Shown here: one piece after another, positions 46,569-55,700 of the stretch
How positions within the stretch are numbered: the stretch's first letter is position 1
How the letters are laid out: every line of letters begins with the position of its first letter
IMG/VR virus record: IMGVR_UViG_3300042923_001106
Location: 119,209-183,208 of that record
Length of the DNA stretch: 64,000 bases
Origin: a virus
Direction: 5' to 3' (one strand)
Position numbers and translations under genes: made by a program
Notes under the pieces: generated by a model
What the model was told of the DNA's origin: nothing
What the model saw: only the letters and a program-made list of their open reading frames with translations
The model's database searches: none

Positions 46569-47402
46569 ATGAAATTGGAAGAACAAAAAAGAATGGTCAG
46601 CAATATCGATGTGGGTTTCGAATTGCTATCGGACAAGCCTTTAAAATATAAAGAAAAATGTATTATTCTATGCTCCAAGGGGCATCAAATCGAAACGGCA
46701 TGGAGAGACATAAAGAAGAAACTGGAAAGCGCAGGTTTTTGTAATAATTGTTTTATGGTCAAAAAGATGATGGAACGAGCTATGGAAAAAGGTTATACCC
46801 TACTCAGCGATGAATGGAACGGTTACACAGCAGATTATAAATTTTTATGTCCAAATAATCACGAGCAAACATATGTTTGGAAATATTTTAATGATCATGA
46901 TGGTAACCATTGTATCGAATGTTACAATCAACGGGTTTTAGAAGGCAATCACACAGCCACATCAGAAGAATTCAAGCAGCATCAAAAGGAAAGGTTATTG
47001 AGTAGAATGAGTGAGCTAGGATATACTCTAGATCAGCAAAGTTATTCTTATGTAAACAATAAAGATAGAATTAATATGATTTGCTCAAGTAATCATAAAT
47101 ACGAAGTTGAATATGCTCATTTTATGCAAGGTAAGAAATGTAGAAAATGTGGCTATGATAACTGGCGACTATCCGAAGAGGAAGTTAAAACAGAACTTGA
47201 AAGTATGGGCTATACCTATCTTGGTGAATATCATAGAATAGACGAGCCATTGAAATATATTTGCACATGCGGACATGTTACCAGAAAGAGATTGACCGAC
47301 CTACGAAGAGGTCAAAAATGTATTCGGTGTGCAAAGAAATATACAGTTGAGAATAGACGGAAAGAGCGAATGATATTATTAGAGCAAGAGTTTAATAAGT
47401 AA
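46569..47402 (+). CDS. Four-repeat zinc-ribbon protein (homing-endonuclease-type DNA-binding repeats, no nuclease domain seen)
   Basis: Four repeats of about 55 aa: G(F/Y)xL...C-x1-3-(G/N)H...CxxC. Confidence 0.75.
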   Translation: MKLEEQKRMVSNIDVGFELLSDKPLKYKEKCIILCSKGHQIETAWRDIKKKLESAGFCNNCFMVKKMMERAMEKGYTLLSDEWNGYTADYKFLCPNNHEQTYVWKYFNDHDGNHCIECYNQRVLEGNHTATSEEFKQHQKERLLSRMSELGYTLDQQSYSYVNNKDRINMICSSNHKYEVEYAHFMQGKKCRKCGYDNWRLSEEEVKTELESMGYTYLGEYHRIDEPLKYICTCGHVTRKRLTDLRRGQKCIRCAKKYTVENRRKERMILLEQEFNK

Positions 47403-47426
47403 TATTGCATCAAAAGGAGAAGAGGT

Positions 47427-47759
47427 ATGACTCATCAATTCCGTGGATTAATTAAATGTTTGAATTGTGGTAAGAACTACAAGACAAAAAGTGAACGTAA
47501 AAAGTCTGTATATGTGTGTTCAGGATTTGCAAATTATGGAAAAGATTTTTGTTCATATTTCCCTCTTCAGGAAGAAGACCTAACGTACACTGTATCGAAA
47601 CACTTATCTCTACAAAATAAAAGTGCTGTATCAAGCTTGTCCGAATACGTACTTGTAATCGAAGTTAAAGGGATTGGATATAGGATACTCTACAAAGACG
47701 GAACTGAATCGCTGATTAATTGGAACGGTAGTGAATACGGTGTAAAGGTAAAGTATTGA
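47427..47759 (+). CDS. Stand-alone recombinase zinc-beta-ribbon domain protein
   Basis: FRGLIKCLNCG...YVCSGFANYGKDFC...LQEEDL. Confidence 0.75.
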   Translation: MTHQFRGLIKCLNCGKNYKTKSERKKSVYVCSGFANYGKDFCSYFPLQEEDLTYTVSKHLSLQNKSAVSSLSEYVLVIEVKGIGYRILYKDGTESLINWNGSEYGVKVKY

Positions 47760-47824
47760 TTCCAAGATTTCCATATGTCATCTTAAATCTTCCTATGCTA
47801 TGTTTAAATTTAGGAGATGACATA

Positions 47825-48712
47825 ATGAGGTTAAATCAACCGTTTGATCCAATGGTACTCGTAAAGTCCGATTCGATTCCAAAAGGTGACTACCTACATC
47901 AATTCAAATGGGATGGTCATAGAGGGCTTCTACATTATGACAATGGAACCAACAGGCTTTATACAAGAGAAATGAATCTGATCGGAAACTATCCTGAAAT
48001 AAACAGCCTAAAACTTACTGCAAAGAACTGCATTCTTGATGGAGAGTGTATTGTTTTGTCTAACGAATCGAACCCCCCATTACCATGCTTCGAAAGTATC
48101 ATGACTCGGTTCCACACAACTAAGACAATGAAAGTCAAATCATTACTAAATACTCTGCCAGTTCACTTTGTCGTATGGGACATACTTTACCTCAATGATG
48201 AACCGTTGGTTAGACTGCCACTTTATAAACGTCTTGAGATACTAAAAAACTTGATTATACCGGATCAAAGAATTTCAATAACTCCTTCTTTTGAGGACGG
48301 AGAAGCCTTGTTTAAACAAGTTGTTGCAATAGGTGCTGAAGGGGTTGTCAGTAAACCGAAGGATGGTATTTATACTTTTGGGACTTCTTCGGGCAGAAAT
48401 GCGTGGTATAAAATCAAAAATTATCAATATGCTATTGTTGAGATTAATGGATTCAAGAAGAAAGACTTTGGTTGGAGCTTATCAATCGACGGAAAATATG
48501 TCGGGGTATTGGAGTTTCCCCCACCAAAAAAACAAATATTTGAATTTTACAGTGTTGCAAAACAATTGATAAAAAGAGAAAATGAAAATTGGATATATAT
48601 TGAACCGATACTCAAATGCAAAGTGAAATTTCAATGCTATAGTAGGGATGGTAAACTAAGATCTCCAAGTTTTGTCGAGTACATCAACTTAGGTGTGGGT
48701 GATAAGGAATGA
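47825..48712 (+). CDS. ATP-dependent DNA ligase
   Basis: QFKWDG (motif I), ILDGE, FVVWD, EGVVSK and WYKIK motifs; ATG 47825 follows AGGAG. Confidence 0.9.
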   Translation: MRLNQPFDPMVLVKSDSIPKGDYLHQFKWDGHRGLLHYDNGTNRLYTREMNLIGNYPEINSLKLTAKNCILDGECIVLSNESNPPLPCFESIMTRFHTTKTMKVKSLLNTLPVHFVVWDILYLNDEPLVRLPLYKRLEILKNLIIPDQRISITPSFEDGEALFKQVVAIGAEGVVSKPKDGIYTFGTSSGRNAWYKIKNYQYAIVEINGFKKKDFGWSLSIDGKYVGVLEFPPPKKQIFEFYSVAKQLIKRENENWIYIEPILKCKVKFQCYSRDGKLRSPSFVEYINLGVGDKE

Positions 48713-48912
48713 TGGTCGAGAAATACAAACTTAAAAACGAAGCAGATAAGACAATGTTCGTTTTCAACCAAAGTGGAAAAGTCTATGGGCATATCATTAA
48801 GGATCGTACTGAAAAAGCACCCGCAAAACTTATCTTCGAAACGGGGAAGTACACAACTGTAGAAGAATTAAAAAATGATTACCCAGAAATCGAAGGAACT
48901 GATGGTGAGTGA
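48709..48912 (+). CDS. Hypothetical protein
   Basis: ATGA overlap with the ligase. Confidence 0.6.
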   Translation: MMVEKYKLKNEADKTMFVFNQSGKVYGHIIKDRTEKAPAKLIFETGKYTTVEELKNDYPEIEGTDGE

Positions 48913-49112
48913 TAATAAGTGGGGAAAAGGTCAGAATATTAGATTCTAATTTGCATTTGTATACAGCGGCAGTAGAGGACTCAAAAATTCTTGTGTTCCT
49001 CGGTTTTGAAATGATTGGTAGCGGAAAGATTGAGGGGATAACCGATTTATCGGTGCAAGTAAATGGAGTAAAGTATCCAAAAGAAAATTGCATATTTTAT
49101 GCGGTGGGGTAA
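48909..49112 (+). CDS. Hypothetical protein
   Basis: GTGA overlap. Confidence 0.55.
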   Translation: MIISGEKVRILDSNLHLYTAAVEDSKILVFLGFEMIGSGKIEGITDLSVQVNGVKYPKENCIFYAVG

Positions 49113-49117
49113 AATAT

Positions 49118-49252
49118 ACCTCCCTCATGATAATTATGTGAAAAAAGTAACTTAGGACGACAATTTTTATAAAATTCTTTTTGTCCTATTTAACATGAGG
49201 GAGGTTTAAGGCGCATTACAATAATGTTTATAGGTTCGAGTTAGGACGACAA
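49118..49252. repeat. Intergenic hairpin with a 12-bp IR and a 12-bp direct repeat
   Basis: ACCTCCCTCATG 49118-49129 pairs with CATGAGGGAGGT 49194-49205; inner TAGGAC/GTCCTA; TTAGGACGACAA occurs at 49152 and 49241. Confidence 0.6.
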
Positions 49253-49402
49253 AATAACCTCGTTTTTTCGTCGATTTACTCATTTTTGCTACGTTTTTCA
49301 CGTTCATTTATCCAATGAAATTGTTATTTTATTTGCTCTCCTAATAAACTCGTTGCCCAGAAGTATTGCCCAATTGTATAATCGTGGTAATGGGGGAGAT
49401 AT

Positions 49403-49906
49403 ATGAACGAGATCATTGATTCTGTGAAAGGTATTAATATTCTAGATTTTTTCGTCGGCAATTTATTATGGGAAGTCGTTGCTATAGTTTTATTTGGATT
49501 TGTTTTCAAGGGACTCTATAACTTCTTTAAATTTAATAAAAAAGCTAATGAAATATCCTATAAACTACTTTCGAATAATCGACCTGCAATGAATGGAAAG
49601 AGTCCACTATATTTAGCAGATCGGTTCATACAAATATGGAACTGGAACACTAAACGCAATCAACCATTGAGGTATGATAATAAGCATCCGTACACTCCTA
49701 TAGTATTTTCAAAATGTTATTTTCATGAAGTTGCAATACACAAAGAACTTAAAGAACTTGGATTAATTGTTGTCAACGATGATCCACTGAAGACAATATC
49801 TCCTGTTAAAAACAAACTCAATACATTTGTATACAAGAAATGTACTAAATATCTAATCAAGTATCAGTTTGATACCGAAGAGACGCATAAAAGTTTATCA
49901 TTGTGA
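49403..49906 (+). CDS. Single-pass membrane protein, hypothetical
   Basis: TM segment FFVGNLLWEVVAIVLFGFVF; RBS GGGGAG. Confidence 0.7.
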   Translation: MNEIIDSVKGINILDFFVGNLLWEVVAIVLFGFVFKGLYNFFKFNKKANEISYKLLSNNRPAMNGKSPLYLADRFIQIWNWNTKRNQPLRYDNKHPYTPIVFSKCYFHEVAIHKELKELGLIVVNDDPLKTISPVKNKLNTFVYKKCTKYLIKYQFDTEETHKSLSL

Positions 49907-49920
49907 AATATTTTTATGGA

Positions 49921-50321
49921 TTATTTCTTATAGGTATCTGGCAATTTTTCAACAGCAATATCAATCGAAGTAGAGATTACATTTTTCTCAATATCGCTTA
50001 TTGTAAAGCCAAGAGTAGCCAGTGATCGAATAACACTATCTAAAGCCAATTGCTTTTTTACACAATTTTCATTTGTTTTTGCTACTTGTTCAACATATTT
50101 AACAACTTCTTTGATGAGCACATTAGTAACGGTTGCTTTGCTGGAGTGGAGAAATCATTATTCGATACTTTTTGGATAAGAAAATCAATTATACTCAATG
50201 TTTGTTTGACATTTTGTATATTCTCGTCTGACAAATATCCTTTATTCTTAAGTTTCTTTACCACAATAAATCCAACAATTACTGCGACTATCGATGCTAA
50301 GATGTAATATATCATATCCAC
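49921..50321 (-). pseudogene. LL-H-type holin-like gene split by a 1-nt deletion
   Basis: The track ORFs 50082-50321 and 49921-50121 join into MDMIYY...TPAKATVTNVLIKEVVKYVEQ... if GCAAAGCA (minus strand, about 50137) has one more A. Confidence 0.65.
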
Positions 50322-50356
50322 ACTATACGCTCCTCCATAGTTTCCAATAAATAAGA

Positions 50357-50383
50357 AGACCTCACCGGTTTAGAGTGAGGTCT
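50357..50383 (-). terminator. Hairpin terminator after the endolysin
   Basis: AGACCTCAC-N9-GTGAGGTCT with an A/T-rich flank. Confidence 0.6.
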
Positions 50384-50394
50384 CTCAAATTCAT

Positions 50395-51252
50395 TTAATT
50401 TTTAACTTCAATCCCTTTATCTTTGGCCAAGAGCACGATTGCCAACCATGCCAAGTCATCGAGTTTCATATCTCTTTTAAATGCTTGATTTGCCCATGTA
50501 TAATCAGTCAGTAACGGATGTTCAAATTCACCATTTACGCTCTTCTCATACAGTCCATGTAATGCTTGACCAAGAAGAGTCCACTGCCAATCCTTCGAAA
50601 AATTCACTTTCCCACCATCCCCTTTTAATTGCAAAAGAAATTCATTAATATTACCATCGAACTCGTTCAAATCCACATTTCCGGAAATGCCGTCTAGTCG
50701 ACCGGTTTCACTATATTGAAATATTGTCCAACGGTCCCACACCGGATTGCTCATTGGAGTATCCGTGCCATAATGAGCCACCCACAGAGGATAGTTCGAC
50801 AAATCCGATTCAAAGTATGTTCTTGCAAATGAAGCCCCAGTATAAATCATTGGCTTTTTGCCGGTTACCTCTTGCACCTTATTAAGCCATTTTCTAGACC
50901 AATCGCTTACTTGAGATTTTGTATAACTAACACCGTCCAAAGATCCATGTTCCATATCTAAGACATGCCATAATTCAACCTCTAATCCCTCAACGCTTTT
51001 TAAATAATGTTCAGCCTCTTTCACGGGATCATTGGAAACATGGGCAAAGTGGTAGAAGCCTAATGGGATACTGTTGTCCTTCGCGCCTTGATAGTTCTGA
51101 TTTAGTTTTATATCAACTGTACGTGTTCCCTCAGTTGCTTTAATTATTGCAAACTTAACACCTGAATTCTTCAACGCAATCCAATCAACTTCACCTTGCC
51201 ATTTTGATACATCAATGCCTTTACAATTTGCTTCTTTATTTCGAGTTTGCAT
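50395..51252 (-). CDS. GH25 muramidase endolysin
   Basis: GIDVSKWQG, IKATEG, GFYHF, LDME, LWVAHY, IFQYS and VDLNEF motifs. Confidence 0.92.
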   Translation of the reverse strand: MQTRNKEANCKGIDVSKWQGEVDWIALKNSGVKFAIIKATEGTRTVDIKLNQNYQGAKDNSIPLGFYHFAHVSNDPVKEAEHYLKSVEGLEVELWHVLDMEHGSLDGVSYTKSQVSDWSRKWLNKVQEVTGKKPMIYTGASFARTYFESDLSNYPLWVAHYGTDTPMSNPVWDRWTIFQYSETGRLDGISGNVDLNEFDGNINEFLLQLKGDGGKVNFSKDWQWTLLGQALHGLYEKSVNGEFEHPLLTDYTWANQAFKRDMKLDDLAWLAIVLLAKDKGIEVKN

Positions 51253-51689
51253 TATTTGTCACCACTCTTATTTTTTAATACAGCGATAAGTTGCTTAAGT
51301 TGAGGAGGCATCGGAAGTCCAATTCTTCCTAAATTCTCTGTAATCGAAATCAGTTCATTTGCTATGTAAAAATAAGTAACTCCAAGCATCAATCCTATAG
51401 CTCCTTCAATTCCGAGAAGTAAATCTGCTCTATGCAAGATTGCTATTACTACAAACATGAGAGCCTTTTTAAATATCCCCCAATAACCCTTATTAGAATT
51501 AATTCCTTTATTTTCTAATGGATCGCTCTTCTTTCCCTCAATGGCTGATGCAGCGAGACCTGTAATAAAATCAACAACAACCAATAGAGCAAGAAATGCT
51601 AGCGCTTCGTGCCAACCTCCGAAAGCATAATTTACGATTACTCCGAAAATCGCTGCAATCGAATTGAAACTAAATTGATACCCATTCAT
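51252..51689 (-). CDS. Phage holin (toxin-secretion/phage-lysis family)
   Basis: VVDFITG...NSNKGYWGIFKK...NELISITENLGRIG; ATG follows GGAGGG. Confidence 0.9.
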   Translation of the reverse strand: MNGYQFSFNSIAAIFGVIVNYAFGGWHEALAFLALLVVVDFITGLAASAIEGKKSDPLENKGINSNKGYWGIFKKALMFVVIAILHRADLLLGIEGAIGLMLGVTYFYIANELISITENLGRIGLPMPPQLKQLIAVLKNKSGDK

Positions 51690-51764
51690 AAATTCCCTCC
51701 GTGACAACTACAAGTGTTGATGATAATATTTATTTAATCTTTATTTCCCCATGTGGACAAAGGG

Positions 51765-51804
51765 AAAGAGGATGTTATGTACGCCACTACATAGCATCCT
51801 CTTT
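51765..51804. terminator. Bidirectional-type terminator hairpin
   Basis: AAAGAGGATGTTATGT / ACATAGCATCCTCTTT. Confidence 0.65.
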
Positions 51805-51818
51805 GTTTCTCCTAATTC

Positions 51819-52031
51819 CTATGCAATTACTTTTGCTAATGTCTGATTGTACTCATCTTCGCTAATCCAATCCTTATCTAATGCATTATCAATCTGTGTT
51901 TGGGTAAACGTTTCAACAGCATAAACCATAACTGGATCAACATAAGCAACGGGGATGTCGGCAAACAATTGTGTACCATAAAGATAAATATTCCTAGCGT
52001 ACGAACTTGTTCTGAAAGTGTAAATTGGCAT
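51819..52031 (-). CDS. Small tail-associated protein (XkdX/CD1375-like position)
   Basis: Typical small gene after tail-fibre genes; ...IDNALDKDWISEDEY. Confidence 0.6.
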   Translation of the reverse strand: MPIYTFRTSSYARNIYLYGTQLFADIPVAYVDPVMVYAVETFTQTQIDNALDKDWISEDEYNQTLAKVIA

Positions 52032-52064
52032 TTTTTCATACTCCTTTTTATTATTTTATTTTAT

Positions 52065-52739
52065 TTATGCCTCCGTTGGATTCTGTGAAAAATAGAAATC
52101 CATGAAGGCTACGAAGTCGGTATTAATTTGAGCTAGCTGTTGAAATAATGCTGCCTTCTCGGCAGATAAAAGATCGATTTTATTCTGCTGTTCATGAATC
52201 AACTCTTTATCCGACTTCGGTCTAGGTGGTTGAGGTGGATCTGGAATAGGAATAAGTTCGAATATTTCCTCTAATCCTTCAACAAAATCTGGATGATCTT
52301 CAGTTATTTCGATTGGTTCTTGCGGTACATATTGAATTTGATCATCGTACTCAGTTTTCCAAAATAGTAAATTATCTTCCTCATCTACCACTTGTACCTG
52401 TTCGGTTGTCCAAAGTTTAATAAATTGACCTGTACCTTCTTGACCGATTATTGCCCCATTGGTATATCCGATGACATTTTCTTCGTTGTCGTAGATTGGA
52501 ATTTGCTCATAGATCGGCTTCGTTACCTCATAACTTGCCTGAACTCCATCGGACATTAAGGGAACTTGTTTTGTTACCATAACTGGCTCATCTGTTGACT
52601 CAATCGATTGTACTTGACGAGGAATATTATATATTTCTTCCAAAGGAGGTTGAGGAAGCCAAAACAGCAGCTTCCCTTCCTCATCCAGTTTAGGACGCTT
52701 TTCGAAGCGCCCATGACCGTCTATCATGATTATTTCCAT
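52065..52739 (-). CDS. Tail fibre assembly/chaperone-like protein
   Basis: Position after the fibre gene; Pro-rich linker and C-terminal coiled coil. Confidence 0.6.
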   Translation of the reverse strand: MEIIMIDGHGRFEKRPKLDEEGKLLFWLPQPPLEEIYNIPRQVQSIESTDEPVMVTKQVPLMSDGVQASYEVTKPIYEQIPIYDNEENVIGYTNGAIIGQEGTGQFIKLWTTEQVQVVDEEDNLLFWKTEYDDQIQYVPQEPIEITEDHPDFVEGLEEIFELIPIPDPPQPPRPKSDKELIHEQQNKIDLLSAEKAALFQQLAQINTDFVAFMDFYFSQNPTEA

Positions 52740-52743
52740 ACGC

Positions 52744-55700
52744 TTACACCCCCTTCAACAGCGGCCTACCGGGGATTTTGAAAAAGTCCCAAGCAGAACC
52801 ATTACCAATTTCTTTGATCCCTTCGCCTATACCAGTTACAACAGCTAGATACAACTCTTCATCATGCGAAACAAGGTAATACACAATACTCTGAGAGGTT
52901 ACAGCTTTTGGAAGCAACGCCCCAACAGCGTAGAAATTGGCACGGTTTGGTAAGGCGATTTGAGGTTGTGAAGACTGAACGCTGTAGTTCCCTTGTATTA
53001 CTTTTGTCCCTGATAGAAACTTCACGGAACTGCCTACGATACCGTTTTCAAATGTGCCTATGCCGTGAGCGTAGTAGTAGTTCTCTACAGGAATGTTTTG
53101 TCTAAAAACGTTAGGAACAGGCAAGTACCCACTACCTATTGAATCATCAAAACTCTCGCTCATTAATCTCCATGTTTCCTTGTTCAAAGGAAGTCGGGAC
53201 GCCATACCAATATATGAAGCGAATGCGCTAGGCGGGACACTTCCAGTACCCATAGTGTGAGCCATTATGCCGTTGCTTTTAGCGAGAACTTTTACGGTCT
53301 TCTCTACACCTTCCGCCGCTATACCCTGATACGGTACGTGTTGATAGTTCAAAGACACAACGTCACTATTCGCACCACCACCAAGATTCCGGTATGAACG
53401 AGCCGGGAACTGAAGCTTGGTTTCCTTGGTCTCTGGGCGAACTTTTACGATGTTACTTTTGACATAATCGACGTAATCCGCAAATGCAGGTTTAAAACTT
53501 ACGTAGTCGGTATACAAATTTGAAGGGATCGTCGGGCCTGATGGATAAGTAGAATGCACTAATACATAAATCTTTTGGTTTTTTGTGATGAAATTTCTGG
53601 TCGGCCATGACGTGTCTATACCATTAATAATTAGCGAAGGTGACGAAGAAGTATTAACCCAGCCCCCATCGCCGCCAATCCAAGTTTGATCTACATCATC
53701 CCATACTTTTGCGATAGCTCCATACGACAAAACTCCGCCGTTGTCTCCACTTCCATATCCTACCCAACTAAATGTTAACCCTCTCACAGCAGCCTTCAGT
53801 TGCGACAGAGACATTCCAAGGTGCGACAAGTCAAATTCATAAATATCTTGAGGGTAATACCCTTCAATTGAAACTGGCTGAACATTTAAAATCCCATCTT
53901 GTTTGCTTATATTGTCATAAGTACCTTGCCAGTGTTCCGACGAGGAAACTGTCGGTGGTTGATTTACACTTGCCAATTGTCTCCATAGCACCCTATTAGG
54001 ATTTTCGAACATACTGCCTGCGGATTTCCCCAAGTAGTTCAGTGTTAGATTGCTTTTGCGTCCCGGCGTCCAAGTTGTAGCAATGGCACCTTCTTGAAAT
54101 TTGAGTCGACTAATTTTTGCCGTTTTAGTTATACCGTCCGTTGTACTAACGGATTCGACTATAAATTGGATAGAACTGTTGGATATGCTATTAAATGTTA
54201 TAGAAATACGTCTTCGCGGCCCAGTTGATATTGCGTCAGCGGATTTAATGATGGAATTTAAAGGTTGTCCCCAAATATAGCTGTATATGTCACCCCCCGT
54301 TACAGAATCGATATCATACGAAAGAGTGTATAGAGTGTTGCTTTTAATTGGGATGTTCATATTTAATCGCTTGCTTCTGTCTGAGGTCATAGTCACCAAG
54401 AGAGTCCCCAATGAGTCAAGGTCAACCCCAGCGTCCAGAGAGATACCGTTAGCGTCAACAGGCAAGGCTTGATTCTGCGTCAATACATTTTCACTCACGA
54501 CCGGGAACGGGTTTTCCGGTTGGAGGACGGTGTATCCGGTTTCTGCTGTGTTTAGTGTAACTTCGAGTTCTACATAGTCTGAACGTATTGATGAAGCTGT
54601 TCCTGTAGGCCCGTCGGATGCCTCAGCGAAAGCAAGGAAGTGAACGAAACCATTTATGTCTATTACATCCCAGCTGTTAATAAGGTCGTTAAACACAACT
54701 TGCTGCACCTTACTAACTGAACCTAGAGTACTAATACCCGTAGAGTTTTGCCACCAAGCGCTATTAGCTTCTGTCCAAATCGCAAGAGTCGCCTTGTTCC
54801 CTAATGGACCAGAACCATACCCCCACCAATTACACATAATAGTACTCAAATTTGCCTTCAACTTCGCTACCTTCGCTGCCGTGTCAACACAATCCGCAAA
54901 GAACCCTTCGCCATACTTGTCCTCCATAAGACGGATAAGATTGAAGGAGAATATGTGTTGAGAAATATTGCCGCTTACGCCAGTGATGTTGGTGGATACA
55001 AGACCGTCTAGGGTCGAAACGTATCGATACTCTAAAGTATCACGTTCTACCCAATTGACTGAAGAAGGTACTTGTAAAGCGCTATTAGCAACAAATTTGA
55101 ACGTGTGCGGTATAGCATCCGTACTCCCTGATACTTTCCCCACAAAGTTCGCCTTAGCGCTCACCGTCGCCCCTGAGACATTCCGCTGACCATTAACATA
55201 GGCGTCGAGTACATTCGTTGCTACATTGTTGATCCCCTTACCCGGAGGAAACACTGCCGAATAGTCAATCTTGATATTGGTCGTAGTCACGGTTGGCACT
55301 GTCGTTATGGTGTAGGTGACTTCTTTCGTTCCCAGATTTGACCATGTACCTGCGATACCCGTTGCGGTTACGGTTGGGGCGGACGAGGATGCTGTGGTAT
55401 CAATGACCCACCCATTAATATAACCAACAGGAAGGGCAAAAGCGTTCATATTTAACGATGTTGCTCCGTTGATGGACAAAATAGTATCACTGTAGCCGAC
55501 GCTGAAATCACTCTTTAAAACCCTCACAGTATCAGAAGGAAAAAACTGACCATTATTTTGAATATTGATGATCTTGCTCAGCCCATCGCCGTCTGTTAGA
55601 ATCCTAGTGATTCCAGTATCAGAATCCAAGACGCCTGTTATAACTCCATAATCATTCCGAATCTTGATGGTATCCCCAACCGCCCATACGCCTTCAGTTG

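Larger units (their letters stand above)
2911..49333 (+). repeat. Dispersed family of about 30 copies of a 20-bp palindromic gene-junction motif, (A/G)AT(A/G)AAA-N6-TTT(C/T)AT(T/C)
   Basis: Copies start at 2911, 3745, 8813, 9285, 9464, 10639, 11119, 11911, 12344, 13167, 13958, 14583, 14814, 15096, 15384, 18052, 19829, 20960, 24729, 28532, 30674, 32441 (N7), 33594, 34329, 35597, 37438, 39411, 43528, 43896 and 49314. More degenerate copies occur near 10152, 17513, 31246, 31421, 31650 and 35365. Confidence 0.85.

Noticed and set aside
49225-49260. tRNA-like GGTTCGAG at 49233
   Set aside because: No acceptor, D or anticodon stems can be built around it. No tRNA gene was recognised anywhere in the window.
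2911-49333. CRISPR array interpretation of the repeats
   Set aside because: The repeats are separated by whole genes of variable length, not 30-40 nt spacers, and no cas genes are present.
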